A stretch of DNA of 64,000 bases from a virus, in IMG/VR virus record IMGVR_UViG_3300028920_000029, positions 64,001-128,000 of that record. One strand, 5' to 3'. The position numbers were made by a program, and so were the translations under genes. Position 1 is the stretch's first letter; every line of letters starts with the position of its first letter. Below the pieces are notes generated by a model. The model made no database searches. It worked only from the letters and a program-made list of their open reading frames with translations, and had not been told where the DNA came from. This document shows, in pieces, positions 20,501 through 31,260 of this stretch.

Positions 20501-22253
20501 TAGAAATGCGTATGAGGTTAGCCAGGTTGAACTGGATAACCTACAAGCTAAGATACTATTGTCATTTAACAACGATTTAGTTGATGGCGTAACAAAATTA
20601 AAAAAGAAAATCATTGGTCCAGCACTTACTCCGCAGGATGTAGTGAGAAGTAAGAAGAAGTTTATTGAACTAAACAAGGAAGTGGAGAAGGCTAAGGAGT
20701 TAGTATACTCTACAGATGGTTTACCTATAGAAGCTTTAAAAGCTAAGTACGCTAGTCTAGCTAAGATGATAGGTACTATGGTTACTGTAGATCCAACAAC
20801 TGGAGAGACTACTAACCCAGCTGTCAAAGCCCTTAACAACCTAAACAACATAGCATCAAAAGATACTTCCAAAGTACAGGCTGCCTTCTTTGTTATGGAG
20901 CTTGACGATCTTGCTGAGAGGCTTAATGATTTAGAATCAGACGCGCCAATAGAAGCATACGATAAAGAGTTTAAGAGAATATATAACAGTATGAAGAATA
21001 CTACTGGTACTCCTCCGAAAGAATTAGTTGTTGATCAAAGTCAGCAGCGTTCAATAGAAGCACTACAAGGTATAGGAGATTCAATGGATGGCCTCATCTC
21101 AGCCACACAGTTTTATAATCCAGAAGGAATAAAGAGAACTCTAAACTACGCAGACAAAACTCTGGACATGAGCGCTGACATGGCAAAGCCTATAATAAAT
21201 GTTCCTAGGATACCAACTGCTGGTAGTAAAGATGTGTCTGAAGCTATGCAGAAGTATGCTACAGCTATGGAGTTTGCTAAACGAATACCTATGAAGGGAG
21301 AAATAATAGATACCGTTAAGGATCTGATAGCTCACGGTGTAGGTATAATAGTAAACGCTGTAGATGAAAGTGTAAATGAACCAGCGCTGCCAACTATGGA
21401 TAGGAGTAGAAAGGTGCAAGATAAGATGACATCATCAGATGTGTGGGCTAAGAACATAGCTGCCAAAGGTATATCAACCTGGGTAACTGAGATGAAAAAC
21501 TACTTACGTGAGAACATAGACGACATAGAGGACACTGTTGGACCTGAAGATATGGAAGCGTTTAAGTCTGTACTGTTGCTGAACTCAAACGTTCTTAAAC
21601 TATTAACTGACTTGGAGTTAGGTAATGCTACCGTATCCGACGTCGTACATAATAAAGATATAAACGACTTACTTGATTTGATATGGAATGAGAATACCAG
21701 GACCTCTGAGGTAGGTGAACAACAACATTCCGACTGGCGTAAGTATGTTAAGGAAACTGCCAAAGGAATAGAAGATAATAGAAAACGTCAAACTGAAGAG
21801 AAGGAAAATAGGATAGAAATGTTCAAACAATATAGGATGGAACAGTTAAAGAAGAAGTTTGCAGGTACTGGTATGGATACTGAGAGGTTCTTTAACGCTA
21901 CGTTATCTGATGCTATGTATAGGGAGCACGCATTTATGCTGTCGAAGGCGGACAAGTTTGGTATATCTTTAGACAAGTCGCTTCCTACAGAGCAGCTACA
22001 TAAGAATTATGCTACTGTTAAGGAGTTACTAGATAAGGAACCGTCGTACCAGACAAAGTTTGATATAGAAAAGGTTGTTCGTTCTTGGGTTAAAGATAAT
22101 CCAGGATTACCTTATAACGAAGCCGTATCAATGTTACAAAACATTTACGGGGTTGAACGGGGGTTCAGCCAAGAGCAATTTGCTAGGGTTAAAGATCCTA
22201 ATTGGTCCGTAAAGTATTTGGATTCTATGAAGGACCATCCTTATGCAAAGTAA
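17568..22253 (+). CDS. 1,561-aa helical protein, possible internal/ejection protein
   Basis: AAGGAGG RBS; charged alpha-helical composition, not fibre-like. The function is inferred from context only. Confidence 0.55.
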   Translation: MLRLFRGLFKKAQSNEILTKLKELSGKSDGMLPLKLMAIVISNAQKSYGLKNPPAVNIGIIETSANVAGVGEEYKTFVEEPLKDIILKMKDPTNLTDESYTEFADTIDKVSEDFTNVWKEVRESAPEAGPTKKKKSPPKEKSVVPDDLIKILITKESLGKLQDESVDAMYEAVQNLPAVKTMLAKVKSEGDSIDKLYNTFQLAGKAMIDNFFKDSAATSLASIIGDNRDELTAEIKEGMTGDNAKFRTGSPEIIREITRPLLASLVAEYCLGSFDQQINTLINPSGAEEGVDDERITAITSENSDQYITQILDREQQSVRALKEQLAMSEESDAPTFYFASADRIIFTTEGRKLLLSIWKERMYGSTGEVIVGLFQSRVRRIQEESTGEAPQETSEEQSGLEKGLFDRLAKSISIINVKHDYVALIPSEVKMVEFLVGLGLGDYNVPKFSIVAYKEGTGESHFKDIGVHNAIVFLGSNGILPRVVPVTASAKWEYTVNAPINLSMAAKSSAEQGWFFLLLQFIMNSNSKGLHWLQQAIALWDERFEAYRDVPASKMLDMADKTLGTAKDIISSGGAKGGPGAPVGGDVPLPTQKGVPFEPSPFTGEARFTLRSLKRLAAEAKEKTRNKYYTADDIVRAVCTELKASKNKAIDVDISWTYDDGNIDSFVLFSVTLHNVKFNTPLQYKFDLGDDDVKKELQNPKKLLSLGSLEKHRIGNTDMFLIENSTSYASRSMTSYASVLVPFTKVFKQVDAELDPRAFIPRHETEVVKLSAGAEVYDRTDKAVEKEETDKVVSSGRDLMSLINNTLNTRLIVPGFDKSLNKTVKDLKESDNLDQLAGSLEMELVYAPLVLLKNKLAKNLRNTTPEMQAKVTAYTVQLRKFITEVSALATKTTACMFDYDKYSDKDIKAQHDRYIGNTFNEALDAVSGLQSSSASIISDTVNTDQVTYTYTGTAEKDSTAVKQSNLVNKIQRSSDFFRNAYEVSQVELDNLQAKILLSFNNDLVDGVTKLKKKIIGPALTPQDVVRSKKKFIELNKEVEKAKELVYSTDGLPIEALKAKYASLAKMIGTMVTVDPTTGETTNPAVKALNNLNNIASKDTSKVQAAFFVMELDDLAERLNDLESDAPIEAYDKEFKRIYNSMKNTTGTPPKELVVDQSQQRSIEALQGIGDSMDGLISATQFYNPEGIKRTLNYADKTLDMSADMAKPIINVPRIPTAGSKDVSEAMQKYATAMEFAKRIPMKGEIIDTVKDLIAHGVGIIVNAVDESVNEPALPTMDRSRKVQDKMTSSDVWAKNIAAKGISTWVTEMKNYLRENIDDIEDTVGPEDMEAFKSVLLLNSNVLKLLTDLELGNATVSDVVHNKDINDLLDLIWNENTRTSEVGEQQHSDWRKYVKETAKGIEDNRKRQTEEKENRIEMFKQYRMEQLKKKFAGTGMDTERFFNATLSDAMYREHAFMLSKADKFGISLDKSLPTEQLHKNYATVKELLDKEPSYQTKFDIEKVVRSWVKDNPGLPYNEAVSMLQNIYGVERGFSQEQFARVKDPNWSVKYLDSMKDHPYAK

Positions 22254-22274
22254 ACTAACTGGGAGGGTAAGTAA

Positions 22275-22754
22275 ATGACTGAAGAACAGAAAGACGCTAA
22301 AGATATAGTAACTCTTCAGGAGTACATAGATACTCTAGTTGAGTTAAGGGTTACGTTGGGAACCATTAGTGAACTAATGGATAAGATATCTGTATCCGAG
22401 GAGAAACAGGCTGAGTCTATGAACGCTCTGGCTTCTGAAATGAAGTCCATCAAAGATAAGATAGCTAATATAGAACTTAAGATACTGTTAGCTAACGCCA
22501 ACGGAATAAAGAAACCCAACGGTAATGGTAATGGTAATGGTAATGGAAATAGTAAGAACGGAAAGAATGGTAAGAAAATCACAGAGTTGGATGAGGTTAA
22601 TAGGAAAATGATGTATGAGCTGGTCGGTAAGTTCTTTGTGAATAACTGGAAGTTCTTTCTTGTCATTGTTGTATTAGCTATAATAGGATTGACTGCGCTA
22701 AACATAGACATCCCATCTACATTAGGGTTGAAGCACGGACCTCCAACTCCTTAG
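22275..22754 (+). CDS. Holin-like membrane protein (coiled coil, GN repeat, one TM helix)
   Basis: Last gene of the late operon; TM segment FFLVIVVLAIIGLTALNI. Confidence 0.45.
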   Translation: MTEEQKDAKDIVTLQEYIDTLVELRVTLGTISELMDKISVSEEKQAESMNALASEMKSIKDKIANIELKILLANANGIKKPNGNGNGNGNGNSKNGKNGKKITELDEVNRKMMYELVGKFFVNNWKFFLVIVVLAIIGLTALNIDIPSTLGLKHGPPTP

Positions 22755-23215
22755 TCTTCAGTAGTTGGATCCATTACAGGTATAACTAGCTCTGAGATAT
22801 ACATTGGATTGAGTAGTGACTGAGTTAGTACCAGTTTGTAATCGTCTTTAGCGGCTGGATTCTGCTTGAGGTTTCCCTTATAGCGCTTAACATAGTATCG
22901 TTTACCAGATTTCTCGTATATGTTTATGACCTTATTCTTAATATTTGATACCAGAAACGTAGTAAACTTAGTATTTTTTGTACTGTCATACTTTACTATG
23001 GACGTAAAGATTACTGGCATCAACTCCTGTCTATAGTCATCTTTATCCCAGCAAGCTATGTACGCCTTACAGTATTTTCTTATACAGCTATCAACTATAG
23101 GTAGTATCGTCTTAACGAACTTATGGAACTCTAAGTTGTTTACTACGATACGCTTAGTAGTATCCAACATTATATCAAACGTACTGCTTCCAATGGCTAT
23201 GCGCTTTACTTGCAT
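22751..23215 (-). CDS. Sigma-70 family factor, region 2 only
   Basis: DKDDYRQELMPVIFTSIVKYDSTKNTKFTTFLVSNIKNKVIN matches sigma regions 2.2-2.4. Confidence 0.7.
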   Translation of the reverse strand: MQVKRIAIGSSTFDIMLDTTKRIVVNNLEFHKFVKTILPIVDSCIRKYCKAYIACWDKDDYRQELMPVIFTSIVKYDSTKNTKFTTFLVSNIKNKVINIYEKSGKRYYVKRYKGNLKQNPAAKDDYKLVLTQSLLNPMYISELVIPVMDPTTED

Positions 23216-24284
23216 ATGGTCTCCTAGTTGTTAAGTATTAACTACACTTCCCAATCAAACAGTAAAAATATTAAACACATAAATGACCCAGTAAAACCTA
23301 CGAGGGCTGTCGCGAATGTTATCATAGTCCATACGTACGTAAGGGTTCGTGCTATAAAAGTTATGTCGTGGGGTAACTTATGTACGGAAGGTATAAGCTC
23401 TAACGCATATGACCCAACTACTGCCAACACAAATAACAATCCTAAGGTCGCAAATTTTTTCCCAACAAATTTTAGTATTTTCATTTCACCTCTCCTTTAT
23501 CTGAACTTGTGCAGTCATTACTTTCCTTATTGTAAAACTCATCCTTACACTTACTTGCAATCTTTAAATCCATATGTGCCAGTAGTTCAACAATAAGTGT
23601 AGCCTGTGAGTAAATGGGCAACTGCGCCCTAAGGTTGTCATCTTTAAGAATTGTAGTAACTGCTGACCGCTTTGCTGAGCGTATCCCGTCTTCAATGCCA
23701 TCTTCATAATACCTTTGGTTAATTTCATCTTGTGTCATTTCTTTCATTTCAACACCTCCTTTTTTATGTCTTTACCAGCGCCCTTTAGTATCTTAATGAG
23801 CCTCTTGTACTTCTTATCCCACACCTTTAATTCTTTCTCCAGCTTCTTAATCTCCTCATCGCAGTCGACACTGATGTAAACAGTTACTACTTGAACCTCG
23901 CTAACTGTAGATCCGATAGCTTGCGGTGTGACAACCTGTACTGCCATAACAGACAACGGTAATACTAACAACAGTAGTACTAATGTTAGTTGTTTCATTG
24001 GTCTATCCTCCCTTCGTATTCTTTGTATTCTAATAAGTAACTCTTGTTATTACAAGAAGAACATGTAGCTATCAATTGTTCTGGTCGCTCCTCTCCATAC
24101 ACATATCCCCAATCGTTGTGCCAGCAAGTATTACATCTGTACAACCACTTGTATATGTTAGTCTTACCAGGAACAGTTTGTGTTCCTAATGGATAAACGT
24201 TTCGTTCTTTACTGTACGGAGGCTCCCCGAATACCTTACGAACTTTATGGCTAAACGATTCGCAGGCTTCTATGTCGTCCCAGC

Positions 24285-24695
24285 TCACGGCAAACTGCTG
24301 ATGGCTTTGCGTTGCTTGGCTTTCCACCACTCCCGTTTGTAGGCTTTAATCTTTTCTTTGTTCTTTGTATAGTAATCATTTTGATACTTGGCTATCTTCT
24401 CTTTGTTCTTTTTCGTGTAACGCTTGTACCATTTAGTAGCTTGGTCCTTGTTCTTTTCATAGTACTCCCTGCGGTTCTTTCTACCTTCTGGTGTTCTTCT
24501 CTTAGCCAAGAGTTCTTCTTTGTGAGCCTCATAATACTTTTTTCTGTAGCCCGTCACTTTATCTTTATTGTTGCGAGCGTACTTCTTTGCGTAGTCATTA
24601 AGTTTCTCTTTGTTCTTTTCGTAGTACTTTTTCTTAGCCTGCCTGAAATTATCTTTGTGACTTTCGTAGTATTTTTTGTCGTAAGTGGTCATCAC
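24285..24695 (-). CDS. K/Y-rich repetitive helical protein (YYEKNKEK repeats)
   Basis: Repeats like those preceding many phage HNH nucleases, but no nuclease domain is present. Confidence 0.6.
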   Translation of the reverse strand: MMTTYDKKYYESHKDNFRQAKKKYYEKNKEKLNDYAKKYARNNKDKVTGYRKKYYEAHKEELLAKRRTPEGRKNRREYYEKNKDQATKWYKRYTKKNKEKIAKYQNDYYTKNKEKIKAYKREWWKAKQRKAISSLP

Positions 24696-25357
24696 ATACC
24701 TCCTATTCCAAGCTGAATAATAAAATAGATGGCAAGTGCTGCGAGTAACGCCACACCCAGCTTTAGTATATAAGGTACGGCTACTATCCCAAACCTAATA
24801 ACATTTACTCTGAACTCAACGGTTCTCATTCTTTTATTAACTTCATCGTAAGTCTTTACCCGCTTGTTGTATTCGGACTTTCCCTTCTTAAGTATTCCCT
24901 TTAAGGCCTTAACAAGTAGTTTATCCTTTGAAGTTTTTACAAGGTTACTCATCTCTTTATGTGCTCCGTAAGCGAGTACTGCAAAGGAAGCTGAGTTATT
25001 CATCGCTCCGATATACATCTGCTCTAACTCACTAAAGTTGCAAGCCTTAATGAGTGTCCTGACTGCCTCCCTATTTAGTTTGTCCACTACCGAGTACTTG
25101 CATATGTCTGCCGCCACGTTCAAAGCTATAAGGAGCGCCAGAGACCTCTGGTTAAACGTTAAACCAGGACCGTGGCTAAGAGATTTTAGTCTCTTTAGTC
25201 CCTTACCTATCTTTCCTATACTCATATCAAATATAGCCTCGTCAAGCCCTATGTTCTTAAAGTGGAGTGCGTCTTCATTTCCAGCTGCAAAGAGCTGCTC
25301 GTTAATCTTTTCCTTAACAATTTTCTGTTCTTTACTAGTTGTTAACATCTGCCTCAC
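24692..25357 (-). CDS. Hypothetical protein with C-terminal TM segment(s)
   Basis: GGAGG RBS; hydrophobic C-terminus. Confidence 0.55.
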   Translation of the reverse strand: MRQMLTTSKEQKIVKEKINEQLFAAGNEDALHFKNIGLDEAIFDMSIGKIGKGLKRLKSLSHGPGLTFNQRSLALLIALNVAADICKYSVVDKLNREAVRTLIKACNFSELEQMYIGAMNNSASFAVLAYGAHKEMSNLVKTSKDKLLVKALKGILKKGKSEYNKRVKTYDEVNKRMRTVEFRVNVIRFGIVAVPYILKLGVALLAALAIYFIIQLGIGGM

Positions 25358-25360
25358 CTC

Positions 25361-25798
25361 CTATACGTAGTCTGCGGCGTTCGGTATTTTAGTATCCATA
25401 TCCGCTACATTTTTAAAATGATAATGCATTCTAATCGAAAAGTCAATAGCATCTTTTATTCTACCAAGAACGGACTGAAGTTTTGCGGCCTCGTCCAACA
25501 GCTTGTTGTACTCCTCATCTTTTTTAGAAGTTGATTCTCTAACAACCTGCGTTCCTATGGTGTCGTTAATAACTGTAGCGTATCTTTGCTTGGCTTCACG
25601 CTCTGCTTCAGTAGCTGAGTAGTCTAGTAATGCTTTCCAGTTGGCAAGGTTATCAGCTACGACAGCACCTTCCCTGCTTAACTCTCTTGCGTAAGTACCG
25701 CTCTGTCCACCCGCCGTACACTTCGCCTTGAACGAAGAAAACTCTGACAAGTCAACATCATCAATCGTAATTTTTTTAACAGTAAACTTAGTTCCCAT
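25361..25798 (-). CDS. Coiled-coil protein (weakly UvsY-like)
   Basis: 145-aa all-helical protein; resemblance judged by size and pattern only. Confidence 0.35.
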   Translation of the reverse strand: MGTKFTVKKITIDDVDLSEFSSFKAKCTAGGQSGTYARELSREGAVVADNLANWKALLDYSATEAEREAKQRYATVINDTIGTQVVRESTSKKDEEYNKLLDEAAKLQSVLGRIKDAIDFSIRMHYHFKNVADMDTKIPNAADYV

Positions 25799-28265
25799 TG
25801 TTACCTCCTACTTTTTTCCTAAGATTTTATACAACTCTTCATACATAGGTATATCTTTTTTATCCCACCCGTAATACTTTTGTCTTCTATCTTTTGAATG
25901 AACCATATAAAACTTACACTGTTGTCTGTGCCAGAATAAAAAGTATGAAGCTCTATGGTCAATATAAAATCCTAAGTACAACCAGGTATCATTTATAGTT
26001 ATCGGTAGTGCTGCGGATGGATTAGCTGTGTCCTTTGAGGAGCTCGATCCTACCGCACTACCAACAGCTAAACCAACGGCAAAGTTAGCACTAACCTGTG
26101 TAGGTAATGTAACAACTAACAAAATCAATAATACTAATGATAATCTTTTCATCTCTTTACCTCCTTAGAATTTTACGCTAGGACCCATTGGTGGGCCCGA
26201 TAAAGCGCATGTAAACGAAAGATGTATATTATCTTTTGCTCCGTCTGGTCTTTCAGTTAGAGCACAGAACTTAAACTCCTTATGACTGTTGTTTGTTCTT
26301 GAAGTTAATATGCTTCCCGATAATATAACTGGAGTAAATTTGGCTGTGCGCATCCAAGTCACAATCCTGTCTACTATCTCAAGCGGACTCAATTTAAGTT
26401 TTGTGCCGTCGATGGTGCACTCTGCGGTGTCTATTTCATTCATGGTTACTAAACAAACAGCATACGCTAGCATCGCCCACATCACCCAGTTTGCATCTGA
26501 CTCCCACTTAGGATTATTCTTTGCAGTATCAATAAGGTAGTCCATAATATTGACAAAAGACTCCTTACGCTCTGCGTCCCACGCACTAACTATGTCTGGT
26601 ATGTACTTTTCAAATCTCATACTTAATACTTGAGCAGCGAATAGATGACCAGTATGTTTTATTTTACCCATGTTACACCTCGCAAACTTTGATGTCCGCG
26701 ACAAGGCTTATGTTATTCTTCTTCTTTAATGCGTTGTGTATATACATAAGAGCCTCATCCTTGGATATTCTAGATAAAAGGTATGGAGTATTTCTTGACA
26801 CCAGCTTAGGACTTACTACTATATCATCACCAGGAGAAAACCTTAATGTAAATGCCTTTCTATTCTTGTCCTTCATACTTAACGCAATAGATATGACATC
26901 TAAATAGGTGTAAGCTGTGTGTGTCTTACTACTATTTAGTACGTCCACCGCTTTCTTCACTCCACTGAACAAAGCGTAAGCAGAAGAATACTTAGACCTA
27001 AGTATCTTTGTACTGCACCTGAAGTATCCTTCCGACATCTCTAAGAAGTAAAAGATAGGTGGCCAGTTCTTGCTGGTATACACGCTATTCTTTATCGTGG
27101 ATACCACAAACTTCTCTAGGGTAAGTATGCTTTTAACTTTAACTCTAACTTTAACACCCATAGCTTTTCCTCCTCGCTACTTTAACAGCTTTAGTATTAT
27201 GTTCTCTTCTTTTCTGTTATGCAATACTTTATAACATTCCTGTGGCGCAATGTCAATAATAAATTTATCTGTTTTAATACTCGCTTTTATTGCATGGTCG
27301 TATAATTCTCTGTCTGTTTTTTCTTTACCGTAAAATCTTCGTACCCACAAGGGAGCCGTAACCATATACAGTTTACCATTTACATATTGCTGATGCACTA
27401 CGGTCGCCCTAACCCTCCTATTATTTGCTGTAAATATGTACAGGAATGGAAGACCAGACGTGAAACCATTAGGTAGTTTCTTAGCAGATGAAATAGATTT
27501 AAAGTTATTCCTAAAGGTTTCAAACTTATCGTAGTCCAACTTAAGTTTCTTTAGGCACAGCCCCCACTTGCGGATACGATGTTTCTTTGCTTCTTTTATC
27601 TTATCACTTAAAGCAAACTTAGTCTTCTTCTCTATACTTGAGTAGTCTGCTAGCTTGTCTGCTGTTATAGTAATCTCAATGTCATACTTCGATTGTACAA
27701 AATTAAATGCCATCGGGTAACTCCGATACATACAGAACAAACCCAGTTGCGAATGCCCATATAACTAAGAATATCAGGTAGTGAACTATACAGTTCCTTA
27801 TTACCTGAGCCCTGGGAATGAGCGCATTCTGCAGTGCGTCTGGAACGAGGATGAAGATGTGGCAGAAGGTAAAGAATATCGCAAACAGAACCATGCCAAA
27901 CACCGCTCCGTTTGCGTCTGCACAAGCTACCCCGAACTCCAGTATACCCATCAGAATATCAAGCACCCACCTGATGCCATTAAATATAGACTCGTATATG
28001 CTATTCATCGTTATCCTCTCCTCTCTTTTTTGGAGGTACAACTTCTGCGTCCACTGTATCAAAGCAATAGATTGGGTCAAACAACTCCGTGTTAACAACC
28101 TTCCTAACCATTACAGCACAGTCGTTAGGCTTATCAGTTTTGCCATACAACACACCGTCTTTATCTTTGAGCGCGCTTACATTATGGTGTGCCACTACGG
28201 CGTACTCGTCGGGAATATTAAACTTTACTTTCTTCATGTTACACCTCCTAAGTTTTTATGAGTCC

Positions 28266-28324
28266 AGGTCGGGGGCAGGACGTACTACAGCGAGGGAGTT
28301 CACTTCGCCTGCCCTCTTCGACCC
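28266..28324 (-). ncRNA. Candidate structured intergenic RNA element
   Basis: Nested stems GGUCG/CGACC and GGGCAGG/CCUGCCC in a GC-rich intergenic gap. Confidence 0.4.
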
Positions 28325-30129
28325 TATCGTAATACTATCCGCGCTGAAGTTTCTTTATGCGCGTGATTTCTTTGTCGATCTTACCAGTAGCTCTTGTATA
28401 CTTCTTCCTTAACTGTTTCTTCTGAAGAAGTAACTGCTCAATCACAAGACTGAACGCCGTCTTGGTGTCTGGATCCCAGCCTATGTCGTTTGATATCTCT
28501 TTCTTCTTTCTTCTGTACCACTTTCTGCTTACCTTGGACTGGTATGCTTTCTTGCATGTCGGGCACAGCTCCCTAAGTGTCGGCACTGTCTTTCCTTTCT
28601 TTCTTGCAACTGCAATACAGCTTGAGCAAAGGTCTTTCTCTTTCAGGTTTTTACTGGCCATCGTGGAACCTCCTAAGGTTTTAGTTGTAACGCTACATCC
28701 AAAGTTAAAAATGGATAATGCCGTCTTTCTTTTCTAACTTTTTCTAATACTTGCTCTGCAACACTTTTATCCTCACGTCCGTTAGTTTCTTTTGGAATTT
28801 CCATGTCTATTTTTTTACATTCATATATGTTCGAACCCTCCTTTCCGTCCCCGTGACATACATCATAAAACGTTACGTCTTTCAAGGAGAAATATTTAGA
28901 TTTTATATTTAGTATGTTATTAAGTAATGCTATGATTGTAGTATCCAATAGTTCGGTAACATCTAACGTTGCGTATAGTACAATACGCGAGTTCTTAATG
29001 CTTGACCTGTAAACACTAAAGTTATTTAACTCCGTATGTTCTTCTTGCAGCGATTTTAACAGTGCGTCTTCACATCTTGGGAATACTGCTGAATTCTCAT
29101 TAAACGTTCTGTAGCGAGTCATGTCAAGTTTTGTATCTGAAGCTTCGATAGCCTCAACTAACTTAAAAACATCTGATAGTTTACTCATCTTCTGGACACT
29201 CAGTTAGTTGGTCTATGTATTCCTCAGCTACCTCACACCAGTAACCACCAACTTCGTCATGGTCACACGCAGAACACTCATCGTTTATTAACGGACAATA
29301 CATTTTGTTTACCTCCCTAATATTGTTAAGGTTTCATCCTTAACGCAGTCTTCGTATCCAACTCTCGGACCACTTACGTACTTAATCTGTACCCACTCTC
29401 CAGCGAACGCAAGTACTTCTGCTTGCCACCCAAACTTATTTATTACTGTGTCCCCTAGCATTGCCCATGATCCGTCCATCACTTTACCTCCTCAAAATGG
29501 TATGATGTATACTCTCAATTTAGATTTTATAAAACGTACTATACACTCTTCAGACCTAGACTCAGTATCAAATCTTGAGTTGTTTAGCGATACTACCACA
29601 TTATATATCCCACTAATAGACTTAATAAACGACTTGATATACTCTATTATTTTTAGGGAGGTCGATACATGTAACTCCCTAAACGTTATAGATATAGAAA
29701 CAAACTCGTATATCGTATCCTCCTTACTATACAATTTAACTTTTACATTTGGATGTCCCTTAAATTTTGTAGCAATATACTTACATAATATATAGTCTTT
29801 ACCTCTGGTAGTATGTAAGTATTCTCTATCAACATCCTTAACTCTTAGCTTTGGCAATCTTTGCACCTCACTACACTCCTCTGCTAAACAATCCTAGTGG
29901 CTTCATTTCTTTACCTCCTTTGTTTCTATAGGCCTTAACAAATGGTTAACGAATTTTCTCGTACTATTTACTCTTTTCTTGTAGTCCTGTATCAGTCTGT
30001 GTTGCACATCTACTGCTTGTTGTAGCGCACTGTAGTTCTTTTCTACAAGTTTTGGATTATTCTTTATCATTTTACGCACTTCAATCCATGAGTATCTTTT
30101 AAAGTGCGGTGCTGTTTTGCTGCGTGCCA

Positions 30130-31260
30130 TCACATATCCTCCTTTGATCTAAACCCTTTGAGTACAGGGAATCTTGGTATTCCATCTGGTGACTTCTCTT
30201 GATACTTAACCGTAGCAAGTTTTCCAAGGTAGTTATTTTTTTCCACCCAAATTTTAGCCTTCTCTTTGTCAGTCATTGCTGGTCTAGCCTCAAAGGTTTT
30301 AGCGTCACCGTTAACTATTACCTCGCACACCGCAGCTCCAAGCTTACCCTCATCGTGCTTCTCACTAGTCCACCCGACTACCTTAAACTCCTCATCCTTA
30401 AAGGACTTAACCTTTAAGATATCCATCGACCTTTTATGTGTATAGTGCCCAGCTCCTAACCTGATGATAGCTCCTTCGTATCCTTCCTCTACATATTTCT
30501 TGTGGTATTCATCTACCTGGTTGGGAGATATGACCTCATCCTTTACCACCTTAACAGCTTTGTTAGGCTTAATTGACCTAAGGTGATTTCTCCTGTAGCT
30601 CCAATTCTCTTTGTTAAGTACGTCAAATATGTGGTACTGCATAGTCTTTGCCAGCGCAGTATCAACGTTCTTGTTGCTCCTTATTATAGTCTGCATCTCG
30701 TTGAACGTCTTGCCTTCGGCAAACAACTCTCCATCCACCCACTCAATATCTCCACGTAACTTAGCGCACGCCCCCTTAACTTCCTCTCCTATAAAACTTA
30801 GGTGCGCTATCTCTTTCCTGCTGCGGGAGTAGAGTTTGCCAGTCCTTACATTACACAACGCCCTGTTTCCGTCAAGCTTTGGCTGTACATAAATCTCTGT
30901 GCAAGCGTCCACTCTCTTTTTATACTTATCATAAGTGTTACAAAGCATAGGTTGTGGTATGTCGTAGTGAGTTTCCTGTGCTGTCTCGCTGGTTGTCTCC
31001 AGCTTTCCAGATATTATCTTGTAGTCCTTGTCCAGTTTCTTCCTTGCTTTTACTTCTGCTTCAAATACTGCCTGCTCCTCTGGAGTAGTGGCGTTAGCTC
31101 TGCCCTCGTTCTTACCTTTGGTATACTTAACCACCTTGGTTTGTTTCTTACCATCTTTGTATCCCCACTCGTAAGTTACGGTAGTGCCGTCAATGGTTGC
31201 TTTCCAGATGGCAGGCTTGCCGCTCTCATTCTTTTCAAGAAGTATAGTTTTCATCGTCAC
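30130..31260 (-). CDS. lig: ATP-dependent DNA ligase with N-terminal WGR-like domain
   Basis: Motif I KLDGNR, III DGEL, IIIa YHIFD, IV EGAIIR, V LKVK, VI PRFP. Confidence 0.93.
   Translation of the reverse strand: MTMKTILLEKNESGKPAIWKATIDGTTVTYEWGYKDGKKQTKVVKYTKGKNEGRANATTPEEQAVFEAEVKARKKLDKDYKIISGKLETTSETAQETHYDIPQPMLCNTYDKYKKRVDACTEIYVQPKLDGNRALCNVRTGKLYSRSRKEIAHLSFIGEEVKGACAKLRGDIEWVDGELFAEGKTFNEMQTIIRSNKNVDTALAKTMQYHIFDVLNKENWSYRRNHLRSIKPNKAVKVVKDEVISPNQVDEYHKKYVEEGYEGAIIRLGAGHYTHKRSMDILKVKSFKDEEFKVVGWTSEKHDEGKLGAAVCEVIVNGDAKTFEARPAMTDKEKAKIWVEKNNYLGKLATVKYQEKSPDGIPRFPVLKGFRSKEDM

Noticed and set aside
173-22711. Minus-strand ORFs within the structural module (and plus-strand ORFs beyond 23.2 kb)
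   Set aside because: These are antisense shadows of real genes, with no evident RBS and a biased S/L/F composition.
24285-24695. HNH homing endonuclease
   Set aside because: Only the K/Y-rich helical repeats are present; no HNH or other nuclease motif.
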